Assembly (NCBI GenBank): GCA_963666055.2
Contig: CAXWPH010000012.1
Span: 256,001 to 320,000, forward strand
Direction: 5' to 3'
DNA: 64,000 bases
From: Acidobacteriota bacterium
GTDB taxonomy: Bacteria > Acidobacteriota > UBA890 > WLXD01
Numbering within the stretch: position 1 is the stretch's first letter; each line of letters begins with the position of its first letter. Of this stretch, positions 29,846 to 40,762 are shown piece after piece. The notes beneath the pieces were generated by a model. The model was not told the origin of the DNA, searched no databases, and saw nothing but the letters and a program-made list of their open reading frames with translations. The translations under genes were made by a program, and so were the position numbers.

Positions 29846-30748
29846 ATGATCTCGCCCGCCAAGGCGGCGATCTTCATCGCTCTCGGCCTCGTCGCAACCG
29901 CCTTCCTCGCCGTCTGGGTCGCCGCAGCACGGAACGCTCGCCGCACGCTGCCGGCCTCCCACCCGGCAGCTCGATGGGAATGGCCCGATCTCAAGGAGAT
30001 CACCATCGGCGCGATCGTCAACTTCTTCGACACCCTCGGCATCGGCTCGTTCGCGCCGACGACCGCCGCCTACAAGTTCTTCAAGATGGTCCCCGATCGG
30101 ATCATTCCCGGCACGCTCAACGTCGGTGGCGGCCTCGCCATCGTCGTGCAGGCGTCCATCTTCATGGCGATTATCGAGGTCAACGTGTGGACGCTAATCC
30201 TACTAATCACCGCCGCCGTTGTCGGTGCCTGGCTCGGCGCCGGCGTGGTCGCTGAGCTACCACGGCGCAGCATTCAGTTGGGCATGGGAATCGCCCTTCT
30301 GGTGGCAGCGGGCCTGATGGTCATGACGCAGTTCGGGTTGTTTCCCGCCGGCGGTGAGGCCTTGGCTCTGCACGGCCCGTTGCTGGTGGCAGCGATCCTC
30401 GGCAACCTGATCCTCGGCGCCCTCATGACACTTGGAATCGGCATGTACGCCCCGTGCATGATCATGGTCAGCCTCATGGGAATGGATCCGCGGGCTGCCT
30501 TCCCCATCATGATGGGCTCATGCGCCTTCCTCATGCCGGTGGCGGGTATGCGCTTCGTACGCAAGAACAGCTACGCGCTGCGCCCATCGTTAGGCCTGCT
30601 GCTCGGCGGCATCCCCGCGGTCCTGGCCGCCGCCTTCATCGTCGGCTCGCTGCCACTCACCGCCATCCGTTGGCTGGTGGTGGTGGTGGTGACGTACGCC
30701 GCCTTCTCGATGCTGCTGGCGGCACGCGCCGGGCCGGACCACGGCTAG
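29846..30748 (+). CDS. TauE/SafE-family permease
   Basis: NFFDTLGIGSFA, PGTLN, AFPIMMGSCAFLMP; multiple transmembrane helices. Confidence 0.85.
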   Translation: MISPAKAAIFIALGLVATAFLAVWVAAARNARRTLPASHPAARWEWPDLKEITIGAIVNFFDTLGIGSFAPTTAAYKFFKMVPDRIIPGTLNVGGGLAIVVQASIFMAIIEVNVWTLILLITAAVVGAWLGAGVVAELPRRSIQLGMGIALLVAAGLMVMTQFGLFPAGGEALALHGPLLVAAILGNLILGALMTLGIGMYAPCMIMVSLMGMDPRAAFPIMMGSCAFLMPVAGMRFVRKNSYALRPSLGLLLGGIPAVLAAAFIVGSLPLTAIRWLVVVVVTYAAFSMLLAARAGPDHG

Positions 30749-30785
30749 CACGCCACACCACCACCACGGCTCGCTAGTGTCCTAG
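30745..30785. repeat. Composite remnant of MITE A and MITE B ends between convergent stop codons
   Basis: Three CTAGs. 30752-30777 matches the short A-type end at 22/26; CTAGTGTCCT at 30774-30783 equals the start of the B inverted repeat. Confidence 0.6.
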
Positions 30786-33339
30786 CGCTGCAACGTGAAC
30801 GTCATCTTGGCGGTGAGCGAGCGGTCGTCCAAGCGGTCGAACACGCCGCTGAAGGCGGTTGACTGGCGGTACACCAGGTAGAAGTCGTCGCCGGTACGGT
30901 AGATGTAGCGCAACCGCACGAACGCCGAGAGCTGATCGGTTACGCTGCTGTGCTGCAGCAGCGAGTCAAACAGCACTCGCTCCGAGAACGACAGGTTGGC
31001 GCGTAGCCGCACCAGGTGGGTGTCGAAGCTCCCACCGGGCAGTTGGATACGGTTGAAGCTGTATTCGGGGTTCAGCGCGAAGCGGTCGCTGAATCGGAAC
31101 CGCGGCCCGCCGCCAACCCCGAAACGTGTGCCGTCGTAGAACTCGCCCAGGCTGAGGGTCAGGTTGCCGCTCAGCGCCCGGCGGGGTGCTGAGCGCAGGG
31201 TGACCTCGCCGTCGGTCCAGGAGTAGTCGCCGACCGGGATGGAGACATCCTCGTCGATGGGGAACTCGACATCCAACAGCTCGTAGTTGCGGTTGACGCG
31301 AAAACGGATGATGTCACCAGACTCCAGATCCAGCCGCGTGCTCAGGCTGCCAAGCCGCGAAACCAGTCGGCCGCTGGTGTCGGTGATACGTTCGAACGAG
31401 GGGCTCACCGACATGCGCCGCAACAGCGGCCAGCTCGGGCGCGTCGACCAGCGTCCCTGATAGTTGTAACGCACGATGTCCCGCCGGAGGACGAAGCCGA
31501 GGTCGCTGTCGAAGTCGTCGGCCACGTATGTGACATCGCCGCCTAGTCCCCACGCTTCGGTATCCCATCCGGCGCTGAGCTGACCCACCCATGAAGTGCC
31601 GTCGACGTCGTTGTCCTGGCCACCGGCCACGAACCCCGACAGAAACAGGTGGTCGAAAAATGTGAAGTCAACGTCGGCACCGAAAACGCGATTGTATTGG
31701 CCATCGGGCCCCTGCACGTTGGTGACCAGCGCGCCGACGCTCGATCGCTCAAGGACATCCTGTTTCCAGCGAAAGGCCGTGAAGTTCTGACCGACACCGA
31801 ACTGCGAGTCGCCTGTCTGCACGTTCACGAAGCCGACGTTGCCGCTGCCGAGCTTCCCCGTCAGCTTGCCCCCGAAGCGAATGGGGGCCGGCTGCCCCTC
31901 CGGCCCCAGACCGATACGACGTGAGAAGAACAGCAGTGCCAGCGGCGGCTGTCGCTGGAAGCCACCTCCCTCGCCATCACCCGAGCTACGCCGTGCCAGA
32001 GTGCCGAAGGTGAAGCTGTTGGCGGCCTCGAGAAAGAACTCACGCTGCTCGGGAAAGAACAGCGAAAAACGGGTCAGTTCACCTGCTGGGTGTCGGCCTC
32101 GACCTCGGCAAAGTCGGTGTTCACCGTCAGGTTGGCGGTGAGGCTGGGGGTCAGCTGCACCTTGAAGACCGCGATGCCGATATCGCCCCTGCCATCAGAC
32201 AGCGGATCGTCACGCTGCTGGAAGGAGTCGTAGCCGCCGGTCACGAAGGGCTTGAGGCGGAACCGATCGGTGAGCGCCAGGTTCTGCAGCCCGACGAGAT
32301 TGCCGTATTGTGAAACGGCGCGCCAGTCGTAGTCGCGGCTCGTGTTGTTCCAGGTCATGCGCTCCTTGGTGCGTACAACCTCGCGCTCGAACTCGATACC
32401 CCAGATGTTGCTTCCGGTGGCATACCGGAGGGCAGCGAACGGGATAGCGAGCTCGGCTTCCCAGCCGCGTTCGGTGATGCTCGCCGCGGCTTCCCAGTTC
32501 TCGTCCCAGTTCATGTTGAACTGGCTCTCGTCACGCAGCGTGAAGTCAAACTTGGTGCCGAGCGCGTTGACTACAAAGCCGAAGGCGTTGCGATGGTCGT
32601 GAAACGTGTCCAAGTAGACCACCGCCCAATCGTCCGCCGACGGGTATCTGTCGCGCCGCATCTCCGTGGCGACGATCTTGTCGGGCTCATCGTCGTGGTT
32701 GATCCAGCCGATGTAGAGGGTGTCCTCGTCGTACAGGACGCGCACTTCGGTACGCTTTGTCGGCATCGATCCGGCGATGGGCTCCTTCTGGACGAAATCG
32801 CTGACGACGTCGGCCAGCAGCCACGCTGCGTCGTCGATCCGGCCATCGAGAACGGGGGGCGTGTCCGTCCATGTCGCCGCGGCGCGTTTGCCATCGATAG
32901 GCGGGTCGAGGGGCACTCCTGCGACAGCGCCGGTATCCCCGCCTCGCGCTACCGAATCCGCGAGGTCATCGAGGAACGAGGGTGGCGCTGCTCCGCTCTC
33001 CGGTAGCGACACACGATCCGCGCTCACCGAGAGGGGGCCGTTAGCGACAGCAGGCTGGAGGACACCTGCGGCAATGGCTCCACCGGGGCTTGCAATCGGC
33101 GCATTCGCTAGCGGTGCGCCCACTGCGGGCGGCAACTGCACTTGCCCCGTCTCGCCGGGTCGAACCATGCGTACCGGAATGCTGCGCCGCGGGCCCAGGC
33201 GCACAGCGCTCCCAGACTCGCCGGGGCGAACCAGGCGCACCGGAATCTGGCGTCGACGCCGATCTTGTTCCCGGCGCTCCTGCCCGGCAGCCATGGCCGA
33301 GCTGGCAAGTGCCAAGCAGACGGTGACGAGAGTCAACAC
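30782..33339 (-). pseudogene. CBM9-like + DUF5916 protein (paralog 2), -1 frameshift near 32077; start approximate
   Basis: Colinear with paralog 1. AAC TGA CC stands where AAC CTG ACC (N-L-T) is needed; LTRFSLFFPEQREFFLE continues in another frame. Confidence 0.8.
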
Positions 33340-33602
33340 TCGACAAAGGGTCGGACCGAGTTCCCCCCGCGCTTCCCGGGTTACACACACAGACTCGTCA
33401 CTCGTCGATCGTGGAGCCCCGCGAGGCTGCGAGTTGCTTGCGCGAAGCTGAACCTCCCAATCTAGCAGAGCGGGTGTGTCGGCGGTGGGTGGCCGGCGCC
33501 CTTGCCATCCCCACAAGGGCCAACCGCGGACACTACCCGCGTCGGGTTCAGAGCCGCGCCACACTAGATGCATGAAGCAGCGAGCGATAGGCTGCGCAGT
33601 GC

Positions 33603-34160
33603 ATGAGTTTGACAGGCAGTAGCAACCGACACCCGCTAGGCCGCGACGAACTGGATCGCATCGTCCGCGAGCACCGACTCTGGTTGGAGTCCGACCAGGT
33701 CGAGGGGGTGCGCGCAGCGCTCAACCGAACCGACTTGTCGAGCGCCGACCTTGCGGGAGCCGATCTATCGCGCGGCGACCTATCAGGCGCGCGACTTACC
33801 CGCGCCAATCTCGCAGGATGCAATCTCACTGCCGCCAACTTGGTTCAAGCGGACGTTTCCTGGGCCAACTTGTGCGAGGCAAACCTCTAGCGCGCACCGT
33901 GATCGTGGACGTCGACTTGGGCGCGGCGCGCGGTCTCGAGGACGTCGAGCACCTGGCGCCGTCGAGCCTCGCCACCGATACGCTAGTTCGCTCGCGCGGA
34001 GCGATCGCGTCGGCCTTTCTCAAAGGGTGCGGCCTGAGCGACGTAGATGTCGAAGCGGCCAAGCTCGCCCAGCCGGGCATTTCCACCGAAGACGTCACCG
34101 AGATCGCCTACAACATCATCAACCTCAAGACGGCCAGGCCGCTCGCCGTTGGGGGCTGCC
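33603..34160 (+). pseudogene. Fragmented pentapeptide-repeat protein (pentapeptide-TIR type, TIR domain absent)
   Basis: EHRLWLES plus A(D/N)Lxx repeats up to a TAG at 33888-33890. VDLGAARGLEDVEH..PSSL..DTL and FLKGCGLSD continue in another frame, then similarity stops. Confidence 0.7.
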
Positions 34161-35984
34161 TCCCGGGAAAGGGGCACCTCTCGGCCGATCGACGACCTGA
34201 CCCGGACGAGACGCACTCCTAGATCGTCGTAAACCCTTCGGCCGGCCACACTTCCACCACCGCCTGCACGGCGACGCCGCGTCACGTTCGAAGATCACCC
34301 GCCCGTCGAGCACCGTCATGTCGACCTGGACCTGGTGGATCTCGGTCTCCAACACCTCGAAGAGGTTGCGCTCAAGCACCACTAGGTCGGCGAGCTTGCC
34401 GACGGCAATCGATCCACGCGCTTCCTCCTGCGACCAGAGGTAGGCACCGGTGATGGTATATGCGGCAATCGCCTGACCGAGTGTCAGGCGCTCTGCCGCG
34501 CCCCAGGCTTCATCCGGATTACCAGCGGCATCGCGACCACCCATGTGCCGGCGTGTCACAGCCGCCTCGATCCCTTCCATCGGCACGATGGGTGACACGC
34601 CCCAATCGGTTCCCCACACCAGGTGGGCGCCACTGCCCAGCAGCCCTTTATAGGCATAGATCTGTTGCGCGCGCTGGATGCCCAGCGATGGAACACCGGA
34701 CGTCGTATTCCAATCGTCGGCCCTTCCCCAGTGCGGCGTCATGTTGGCGATCACGCCAAGCTGGTAGAAGCGCGGCACGTCGGCCGGGTCGATCAGAGCG
34801 ATGTGCGTGATCGTGTGTCGTGGACCGTCGGGGCCATTTGCGGCTCGTGCCGCAGCGAGCCCGTCGAGCGCTCGCCGCACTCCCCGATCGCCGATCGCGT
34901 GAATCAAGACCTGGAAGCCTTCACGATCGAGCCGGGTCAAGAGCCGGGCGAGGCGCACCGGCTCGACAAACACCTCGCCCAGATCGCCGGGCCGTCCCTC
35001 ATACGAACGCAACAACCCGGCCGTCTCTCTGGCGAGCGTGCCGTCGAGGAAAATCTTGACGCAGGTGGCGCGCAATGAACCTGAGGGCAGCCGAGCACGA
35101 CGTGCGAGGAAATCGGCGGCCTGCTCCTCGTCGTCCATCTCCAGGCGGAACCGCTGGCAGAGCGTGGCGCGCACCGTGAGCTCGCCGGCCTCCGCCAGCT
35201 TGGAGAAGTCTGCTTCACTTTGCGCTGAGGAGGAGGCGTTGGTGATCGCCGTGATGCCGTTGCGCCTCATCAGACGCAACGCCGCGCGGTAACCATCGAG
35301 CCGGACGCGCTCACTGGGCTGGGGAACCTGCCGCAGCACCATAGCGAGGGCACTACCGAAGAGGGCCCCGGTGGGCTCGCCGCGCTCGTTGCGCGCGATA
35401 CGCCCGTTCGGCGGATCGGGAGTCGCTGCGGTGATCCCAACCGCCTGGAGGGCGCGCGAGTTGACCCAGATTGCCTGGCCACCGGCGCTCCGGAGAGCAG
35501 CTGGTCGGTCGCTCACTGCGCTGTCGAGCAGTTGGCGGCTCGGTAACCCCTGGGGGCCGAAAGCCCCCTCCTCCCAGCCCCCGCCCTGGATCCAGGCATG
35601 CTCCGGATGCGCTGCCGCATAGCGCTCGATCTTGGTGATCACTTCGCTGGATTCAAGAACCCCCTGTAGATCGATCTGTTGCAGACGCATTCCGGTGCCA
35701 GGATGCAGATGGGAGTCCTGAAACCCCGGCAGCAACATCCGGCCGTCGAGATCGATAACCCGCGTGTCCGGCCCCACGAAAGGCTCCACCCCGGCATCGT
35801 GTCCGACGTAGACAATCTTGTTTCCGTCCACCGCAACGGCCTCAGCCCAGCTCCGCGCCGCATCGACGCGGTATACGGCTCCGTTGTGGAGAACGAGGTC
35901 AGCGGCCTCAGGTGCCCGCACCGCAGCAGCCACCGCGCTCAGGCTCAGCAGCGCGACCAGCATGCCGCATTGGGCAATCCTCAT
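34125..35984 (-). CDS. Secreted amidohydrolase-3 (YtcJ-like) with probable read-through tail
   Basis: PGFQDSHLH, KIFLDG, HAIGD, GTDW, GSIAVGKLADLVVL; the family-like sequence ends at VIFER. Confidence 0.88.
   Translation of the reverse strand: MRIAQCGMLVALLSLSAVAAAVRAPEAADLVLHNGAVYRVDAARSWAEAVAVDGNKIVYVGHDAGVEPFVGPDTRVIDLDGRMLLPGFQDSHLHPGTGMRLQQIDLQGVLESSEVITKIERYAAAHPEHAWIQGGGWEEGAFGPQGLPSRQLLDSAVSDRPAALRSAGGQAIWVNSRALQAVGITAATPDPPNGRIARNERGEPTGALFGSALAMVLRQVPQPSERVRLDGYRAALRLMRRNGITAITNASSSAQSEADFSKLAEAGELTVRATLCQRFRLEMDDEEQAADFLARRARLPSGSLRATCVKIFLDGTLARETAGLLRSYEGRPGDLGEVFVEPVRLARLLTRLDREGFQVLIHAIGDRGVRRALDGLAAARAANGPDGPRHTITHIALIDPADVPRFYQLGVIANMTPHWGRADDWNTTSGVPSLGIQRAQQIYAYKGLLGSGAHLVWGTDWGVSPIVPMEGIEAAVTRRHMGGRDAAGNPDEAWGAAERLTLGQAIAAYTITGAYLWSQEEARGSIAVGKLADLVVLERNLFEVLETEIHQVQVDMTVLDGRVIFERDAASPCRRWWKCGRPKGLRRSRSASRPGQVVDRPRGAPFPGGSPQRRAAWPS
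34244..34267 (-). repeat. Solo MITE A end
   Basis: Minus strand reads GCAGGCGGTGGTGGAAGTGTGGCC. Confidence 0.7.
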
Positions 35985-36001
35985 GTGATCGCTCCGTGTC
36001 T

Positions 36002-37081
36002 TCAGGAGTCGAACGCAGCCGCCAAGATCGAGGCAACGCTCGCCGGTGGAAGGTGGCTGCGAGCCGGGCGGTCTTGGTTGTCGAGAAAGCTCAACACCAC
36101 CGGGAAGCCTCGTCCCGCGAGGGTGGAAAACGGCGTCACCTCGTCTGCAATGCGCCAGCGGCCGGCGCCACTTTCCGCTTCCTCGAGCTCGAGCACGGCT
36201 TGGTCCAGCGGCCGATGACCATAGTAATAGCCATTCTTGCTGCCGCTAAACTCAAGGCCAGGCGCGCGCCAAGCTTCCGGCGTATCGGCCCACATGTACC
36301 CGGGGTAGTAGAGATCGTAGTGCCAGCCATCCACCGACTCGATCGACACCAACTGTACGCGGTCATGATCTCGCCGATTGCGGACCTGTGGCAGTAGCGG
36401 TATGGCCTCGCCTAGCGGAGCGTTGAAGGCTGGAACGCTGAGCGCTAACTCCCAGCTTTCCTGAGCGACCGAGCACGGTACATGAAAGTGCGTAAACCGC
36501 CGGTGTAGACCGCGCCGCACGATGACCCCCGACTCCACGAGGTCGAGTGAGCGGCGGAGAGCTGCCAGCCCCTCGCGTATCCCCGGATCGTCCTCATTGC
36601 TGTTGCCGATCAGCTCACGGGCCCGATCGAAGCACCGCTCGTAGATCTCCTGAACATCGACCTGGTGAGCCTGCAGGTTGTCCATCAGTAGTGTGAGCCC
36701 CTGAAAGAGGACCTGCGCCGGCTGCTCGCCCCAGCCCCAGAAATCGCCCATCTCGGCCGCCTGGACGATCGTCTGCCGCTCGGCGCGGGCGAGCGCCGCA
36801 TCAACGAGCGTGAAGATCGAGAGTACGCCGTCAACGTCCAGGTGGTTGTTAATCGCCAGGTCCCAGTCGTCGGTAGCGCGCTGCTCGATGAACTTCATAC
36901 AACAGCCCGTCGAGGTGTCGGCCTTGTACGTTGATGGCGTCTTGTTGGGTACCCAGTGGCTGAGCTCGATGTCCACGCCATCGCGAAAAGTGCTGTCCGA
37001 GTCGCCATCAGCGAAGATCGTCTTACGGCTGGCGGGGCGCTTCAACGCGCTGCCGACAATATAGAACCGAGGCGCTCCCAT
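36002..37081 (-). CDS. DUF6687-like protein (DHH-phosphoesterase-like motifs)
   Basis: LSHW.PN.TP..YKADTST, NNHLDVDGVLS, GDF; ATG lies 12 bp after the upstream stop. Confidence 0.7.
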   Translation of the reverse strand: MGAPRFYIVGSALKRPASRKTIFADGDSDSTFRDGVDIELSHWVPNKTPSTYKADTSTGCCMKFIEQRATDDWDLAINNHLDVDGVLSIFTLVDAALARAERQTIVQAAEMGDFWGWGEQPAQVLFQGLTLLMDNLQAHQVDVQEIYERCFDRARELIGNSNEDDPGIREGLAALRRSLDLVESGVIVRRGLHRRFTHFHVPCSVAQESWELALSVPAFNAPLGEAIPLLPQVRNRRDHDRVQLVSIESVDGWHYDLYYPGYMWADTPEAWRAPGLEFSGSKNGYYYGHRPLDQAVLELEEAESGAGRWRIADEVTPFSTLAGRGFPVVLSFLDNQDRPARSHLPPASVASILAAAFDS

Positions 37082-37092
37082 GTCGGCTTGTC

Positions 37093-38091
37093 CTACTCCT
37101 TTGCGCGCTCGCGCGACAGCACCGTCCCCGCACCGATGCCGTGCTTCTCGAGCACCTTCATCAGGTCCACCAGCACTTCGTCCCGTTTGGCCTCCCATTC
37201 CGCCACCGACCGACCGCCGGCCTGTTCCTCGCAACCCTCGATAAGCCGACGACTCATCTCGTCGGACCATTCCGGGAACCTCAGCTCCGTCCACGGAAGC
37301 TCCTCGGCCGGATCGAAGTGATCGAGGAAATGCCGCATTCCGCCCTCGCCGCCGGCGAGATGGTAGGTCAGGAACGGGCCCATGAACGCGTATCGTAGCC
37401 CGGCGGAAAATACGAGCGAATCATCGATCTCCCTGGTGCTGGCGATATCTTTGTCGATCAGGTGCAACGCCTCACGCCAGAGCGCCTCTTGCAGTCGGTC
37501 GCAGAGGTAGCCGTCAATCTCGCGCTTCAGCCGCAGCACATACATGCCGAGGGACTCGTAGAAAGTGCCGGCGAATCGCATCGCATCTTCCGACGTCTGC
37601 TCGCCGGGAACGACCTCGACGAGCGGTAGGAGATAGACCGGGTTGAACGGGTGGCCAATGAGCAACCGTTCGGGGTGCACGCATCGAGACTGCAGGCGCG
37701 TCGGCAAGAAACCGGAAGACGAGGAGGCGATAACAACGTCAGGGCGCGCCACAGCGTCGATCTTCGCGAACAGAGCGATCTTGAGATCTTCCCGCTCCGG
37801 GGCGGCTTCCTGTATCCAATCGGCGCGCGCCGCCATGTATTCGACGCTCTGTGTGAAGCTGAGGGTGCCGCGCTCGACGTGCTCGCGGTCCATGAGCTTC
37901 AGCATCGACGGCCAAGCGTTCTCGATGCTGGCGCGAAAGCGTTCCTCTGTGGCCGCTGCCGGGTCGTACGCCACCACGTCCAAGCCACGCGCTAGAGCGC
38001 GAGCGGCCCATCCGGCTCCGATCAGCCCGGCACCGGCAATACCGATAGTCCGGACCCTCTTCACTTCGGCCCGCCGAGTAGCAAGCCTCAC
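37093..38091 (-). CDS. L-carnitine dehydrogenase-like (3-hydroxyacyl-CoA dehydrogenase family)
   Basis: [65 protein letters not shown]. Confidence 0.88.
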   Translation of the reverse strand: MRLATRRAEVKRVRTIGIAGAGLIGAGWAARALARGLDVVAYDPAAATEERFRASIENAWPSMLKLMDREHVERGTLSFTQSVEYMAARADWIQEAAPEREDLKIALFAKIDAVARPDVVIASSSSGFLPTRLQSRCVHPERLLIGHPFNPVYLLPLVEVVPGEQTSEDAMRFAGTFYESLGMYVLRLKREIDGYLCDRLQEALWREALHLIDKDIASTREIDDSLVFSAGLRYAFMGPFLTYHLAGGEGGMRHFLDHFDPAEELPWTELRFPEWSDEMSRRLIEGCEEQAGGRSVAEWEAKRDEVLVDLMKVLEKHGIGAGTVLSRERAKE

Positions 38092-38984
38092 CCGCCGCGC
38101 TGCTCGAGACCCAGGATATTTCGCGCCTCATCGGGCGAAGCGACCTTTGCACCGATCAGCTCGACGATCTGGATCGCACGCTCGGTGAGCGAGCCGTTCG
38201 AGGCGTACACCCCTTTCTCCAGATAGAGGTTGTCCTCCAGACCGACGCGTACGTGCCCCCCGAGCACAACCGCCTGGGCCACCATCGGCATCTCCCAGCG
38301 GCCGATTCCGAAGCCCGCCCAGACGCAGCCGTCGGGCAGCTGGCTCACCATATAGGTCATCGTCTGGGTGTTGACCGGGGCTCCCCATGGGATGCCCAGA
38401 CAAAGCTGGAACATCGGCGGATCCTCGACTAATCCTTCGGCACATAGCTGCTTCGCGAACCACAGGTTGCCGGAATCGAAGATCTCCATTTCCGGCTTCA
38501 CCCCGTACGAGCGGATCAGCTTGGCCTGCTCGCGCAGCTGAATAGGTGTTTGGATGACCACCGAGTGTGTGTCCCCGAAGTTGAGCGAGCCACAATCGAG
38601 CGTGCAGATCTCCGGGCGCAGCTCCGCCACATGCAGCAGCCGTTCAACCGGCCCGACCAGGTCGGTGAGCTCCTCGTCGAAATCCCGTGGGCGCTCCCCG
38701 TCGCCGATCATCAGGTCGCCGCCCATGCCGGCAGTGAGGTTGATGATCACGTCGGTATTCTGGGATCGAATGTGTTCCACGACCTGCCGATACAGGCCCA
38801 CGTCGCGCACGCCTCTGCGGGTCTCCACATCGCGCACGTGGCAATGAACGATAGCGGCCCCGGCATCGGCCGCCTGCAGCGCTGCATCGCCGATCTGCTG
38901 CGCAGTAACCGGGATCGCCGGGTGCTTGTCGACCGTGTCGCCGGACCCGGTGACGGCACACGTCACGATGACTTTCGAGTTCAT
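38088..38984 (-). CDS. Beta-keto acid cleavage enzyme (BKACE/DUF849; CdhC-like)
   Basis: [40 protein letters not shown]. Confidence 0.9.
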   Translation of the reverse strand: MNSKVIVTCAVTGSGDTVDKHPAIPVTAQQIGDAALQAADAGAAIVHCHVRDVETRRGVRDVGLYRQVVEHIRSQNTDVIINLTAGMGGDLMIGDGERPRDFDEELTDLVGPVERLLHVAELRPEICTLDCGSLNFGDTHSVVIQTPIQLREQAKLIRSYGVKPEMEIFDSGNLWFAKQLCAEGLVEDPPMFQLCLGIPWGAPVNTQTMTYMVSQLPDGCVWAGFGIGRWEMPMVAQAVVLGGHVRVGLEDNLYLEKGVYASNGSLTERAIQIVELIGAKVASPDEARNILGLEQRGG

Positions 38985-39217
38985 GATCGCTCCCGGACCT
39001 AGCCTGCTGGCTGTCTCGTCGGTAATCTTCGCACCGAACCTAGCGTATCCCGAACAACCGTGGTGACGTGCCGCGCTTTCGACCGTGAAGGGTCGGCAAG
39101 TTGGCGCTCCTCTTTCAACCGGAGGGCTTGACCTGCTTGGAGAGACCCATGGCCATCGCGTCAGGCGCATCGTAAAGTTGCTGCGAGCTATTCTTGCCTA
39201 GGGAAACCGGAACACTC

Positions 39218-40171
39218 ATGAGACGAATTTCGAGACTAATCGTCGTTCTCGCTGTCACCATCCTGGTGGTCTCTGCCGTCTATTCGATCCCGGCCTCTGC
39301 GGCCGGCCCGGTGCCACAGCAGCCCACGCAGGAGCAACAGCAACAGCTCAAGCGGGCCCAGGAATACATCGACCAGGGTGAGCCGGAGTACGCTCTCGAG
39401 GTGCTTGAAGAGGTGCTCGAGGCGGATGACGCGCTGTGGACGGCCCACTATTTGAAGGGCATGGCACACGGGCAAAAGGGGGCTGAGAAGGACGCGCTGG
39501 CGTCGTTCATGGCCGCCGACGAGCGGCAGCCCGGGGTGCCCGACGTTTACTTCATGGCGGGGATCGCCTCCTTTGGCATCGGCGACTACGAGACCTGCTG
39601 GGAGCAAACGATCCTCGCGCATCAGGCGGGACGCGACATGACCAAGGAGATCGCCCAGCTCAGGGAGGTCGCCGACCCGCCGGACGATCTCGAGGAGAGA
39701 ATCAATGCGCCGCGCGTGCTGATGGGCCCGATGGACACCAGCGTCACCGAACAGAACGGTGCGATGGAATCGGCGCTCATGCAGGTTCAGGGAGAGCTGG
39801 CGATCGTTCAGCAACAGGTCGCGCGGGCGTTGCGCGACTCGCCCAACTTCGGCCTCGTACGCGCGCGCCAGCTCGCCGACTACATCGTGGTGGTGAATGT
39901 CGCCGACTACGGCGGTGCGGCCGGCGCCGGGCTACAGAACCGCGTCGGCGACGTGAATATCAACCTCGCGCGTCAGGATGGCCTGCGCCCTGGGGCAGGC
40001 AGGCACGAGCTCAAGGGTCTACTCGAGCTGGTGGATACGAAGACCAACGACATCGCCTTCTCCCTGCCAATGACGCTGACCGATATCACCTCGATCGGCG
40101 ACCTGACGCGAGACGTGCGACGCCGCGTCGACCTGCTCGAACGGTGGGCCCGGAACAACCGGGAGAACTAG
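39218..40171 (+). CDS. Secreted TPR protein
   Basis: Signal peptide followed by TPR-like helix pairs (AHYLKG.A, YFMAG.A). Confidence 0.7.
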   Translation: MRRISRLIVVLAVTILVVSAVYSIPASAAGPVPQQPTQEQQQQLKRAQEYIDQGEPEYALEVLEEVLEADDALWTAHYLKGMAHGQKGAEKDALASFMAADERQPGVPDVYFMAGIASFGIGDYETCWEQTILAHQAGRDMTKEIAQLREVADPPDDLEERINAPRVLMGPMDTSVTEQNGAMESALMQVQGELAIVQQQVARALRDSPNFGLVRARQLADYIVVVNVADYGGAAGAGLQNRVGDVNINLARQDGLRPGAGRHELKGLLELVDTKTNDIAFSLPMTLTDITSIGDLTRDVRRRVDLLERWARNNREN

Positions 40172-40185
40172 TGGCCTGTAACAGA
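40168..40185 (+). repeat. Solo MITE B end on the TPR gene stop codon
   Basis: CTAGTGGCCTGTAACAGA matches the MITE B inverted repeat at 17/18. Confidence 0.7.
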
Positions 40186-40188
40186 TGA

Positions 40189-40377
40189 TCAGCTGACGCC
40201 GTATTCGGCTTGCGCACCCTGCCCCAGCCGTGATTCGACGACGGCAAGCCGGCGCTCGATCTGCTCCAGCTTGTGCAGGATGAGCACATGGGTCTTCTTG
40301 GCGTCGATGCCGACGGGACTGGCTGCGCTATCGATCAGTCCAGCAATACGCTCGTAGTCGTCCTTCGGGATTTCCAT
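40189..40377 (-). CDS. Small hypothetical protein (62 aa)
   Basis: GGAGAG RBS; SPVGIDAKKTH followed by a coiled-coil; fills the intergenic gap. Confidence 0.75.
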   Translation of the reverse strand: MEIPKDDYERIAGLIDSAASPVGIDAKKTHVLILHKLEQIERRLAVVESRLGQGAQAEYGVS

Positions 40378-40423
40378 ACGCTCTCCGACTCAGTCAAACG
40401 CGGGTTGGCGGCAGGAGGAAACC

Positions 40424-40762
40424 ATGTGTGAGTTGGCAACACGGAAATGCGAGGCGTGTCGGGTCGGCGCCCCGATGGTGACCGACGCGGAAGCGGCCGA
40501 GCTGCACCGACAGATACCGGCGTGGGAGCTCATCGAAGTGGATGATATCAAGCGCATCACCCGCACATTCCGATTCGGCAACTTCGCGGAGGCATTGGCG
40601 TTTACCAACCAGATAGGTTCGATCGCCGAGGAAGCAAACCACCACCCGATGCTGGTCACCGAATGGGGAAAAGTCAGTGTTACGTGGTGGACTCACAAGA
40701 TCCGCGGGCTGCACGTGAACGACTTCATCATGGCTGCGCGAGCCGACGCTCTCGCCGGATGA
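40424..40762 (+). CDS. phhB: Pterin-4-alpha-carbinolamine dehydratase
   Basis: CEAC, AEEANHHP, WWTHKIRGLH.NDFIMAA; AGGAGG RBS. Confidence 0.93.
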   Translation: MCELATRKCEACRVGAPMVTDAEAAELHRQIPAWELIEVDDIKRITRTFRFGNFAEALAFTNQIGSIAEEANHHPMLVTEWGKVSVTWWTHKIRGLHVNDFIMAARADALAG

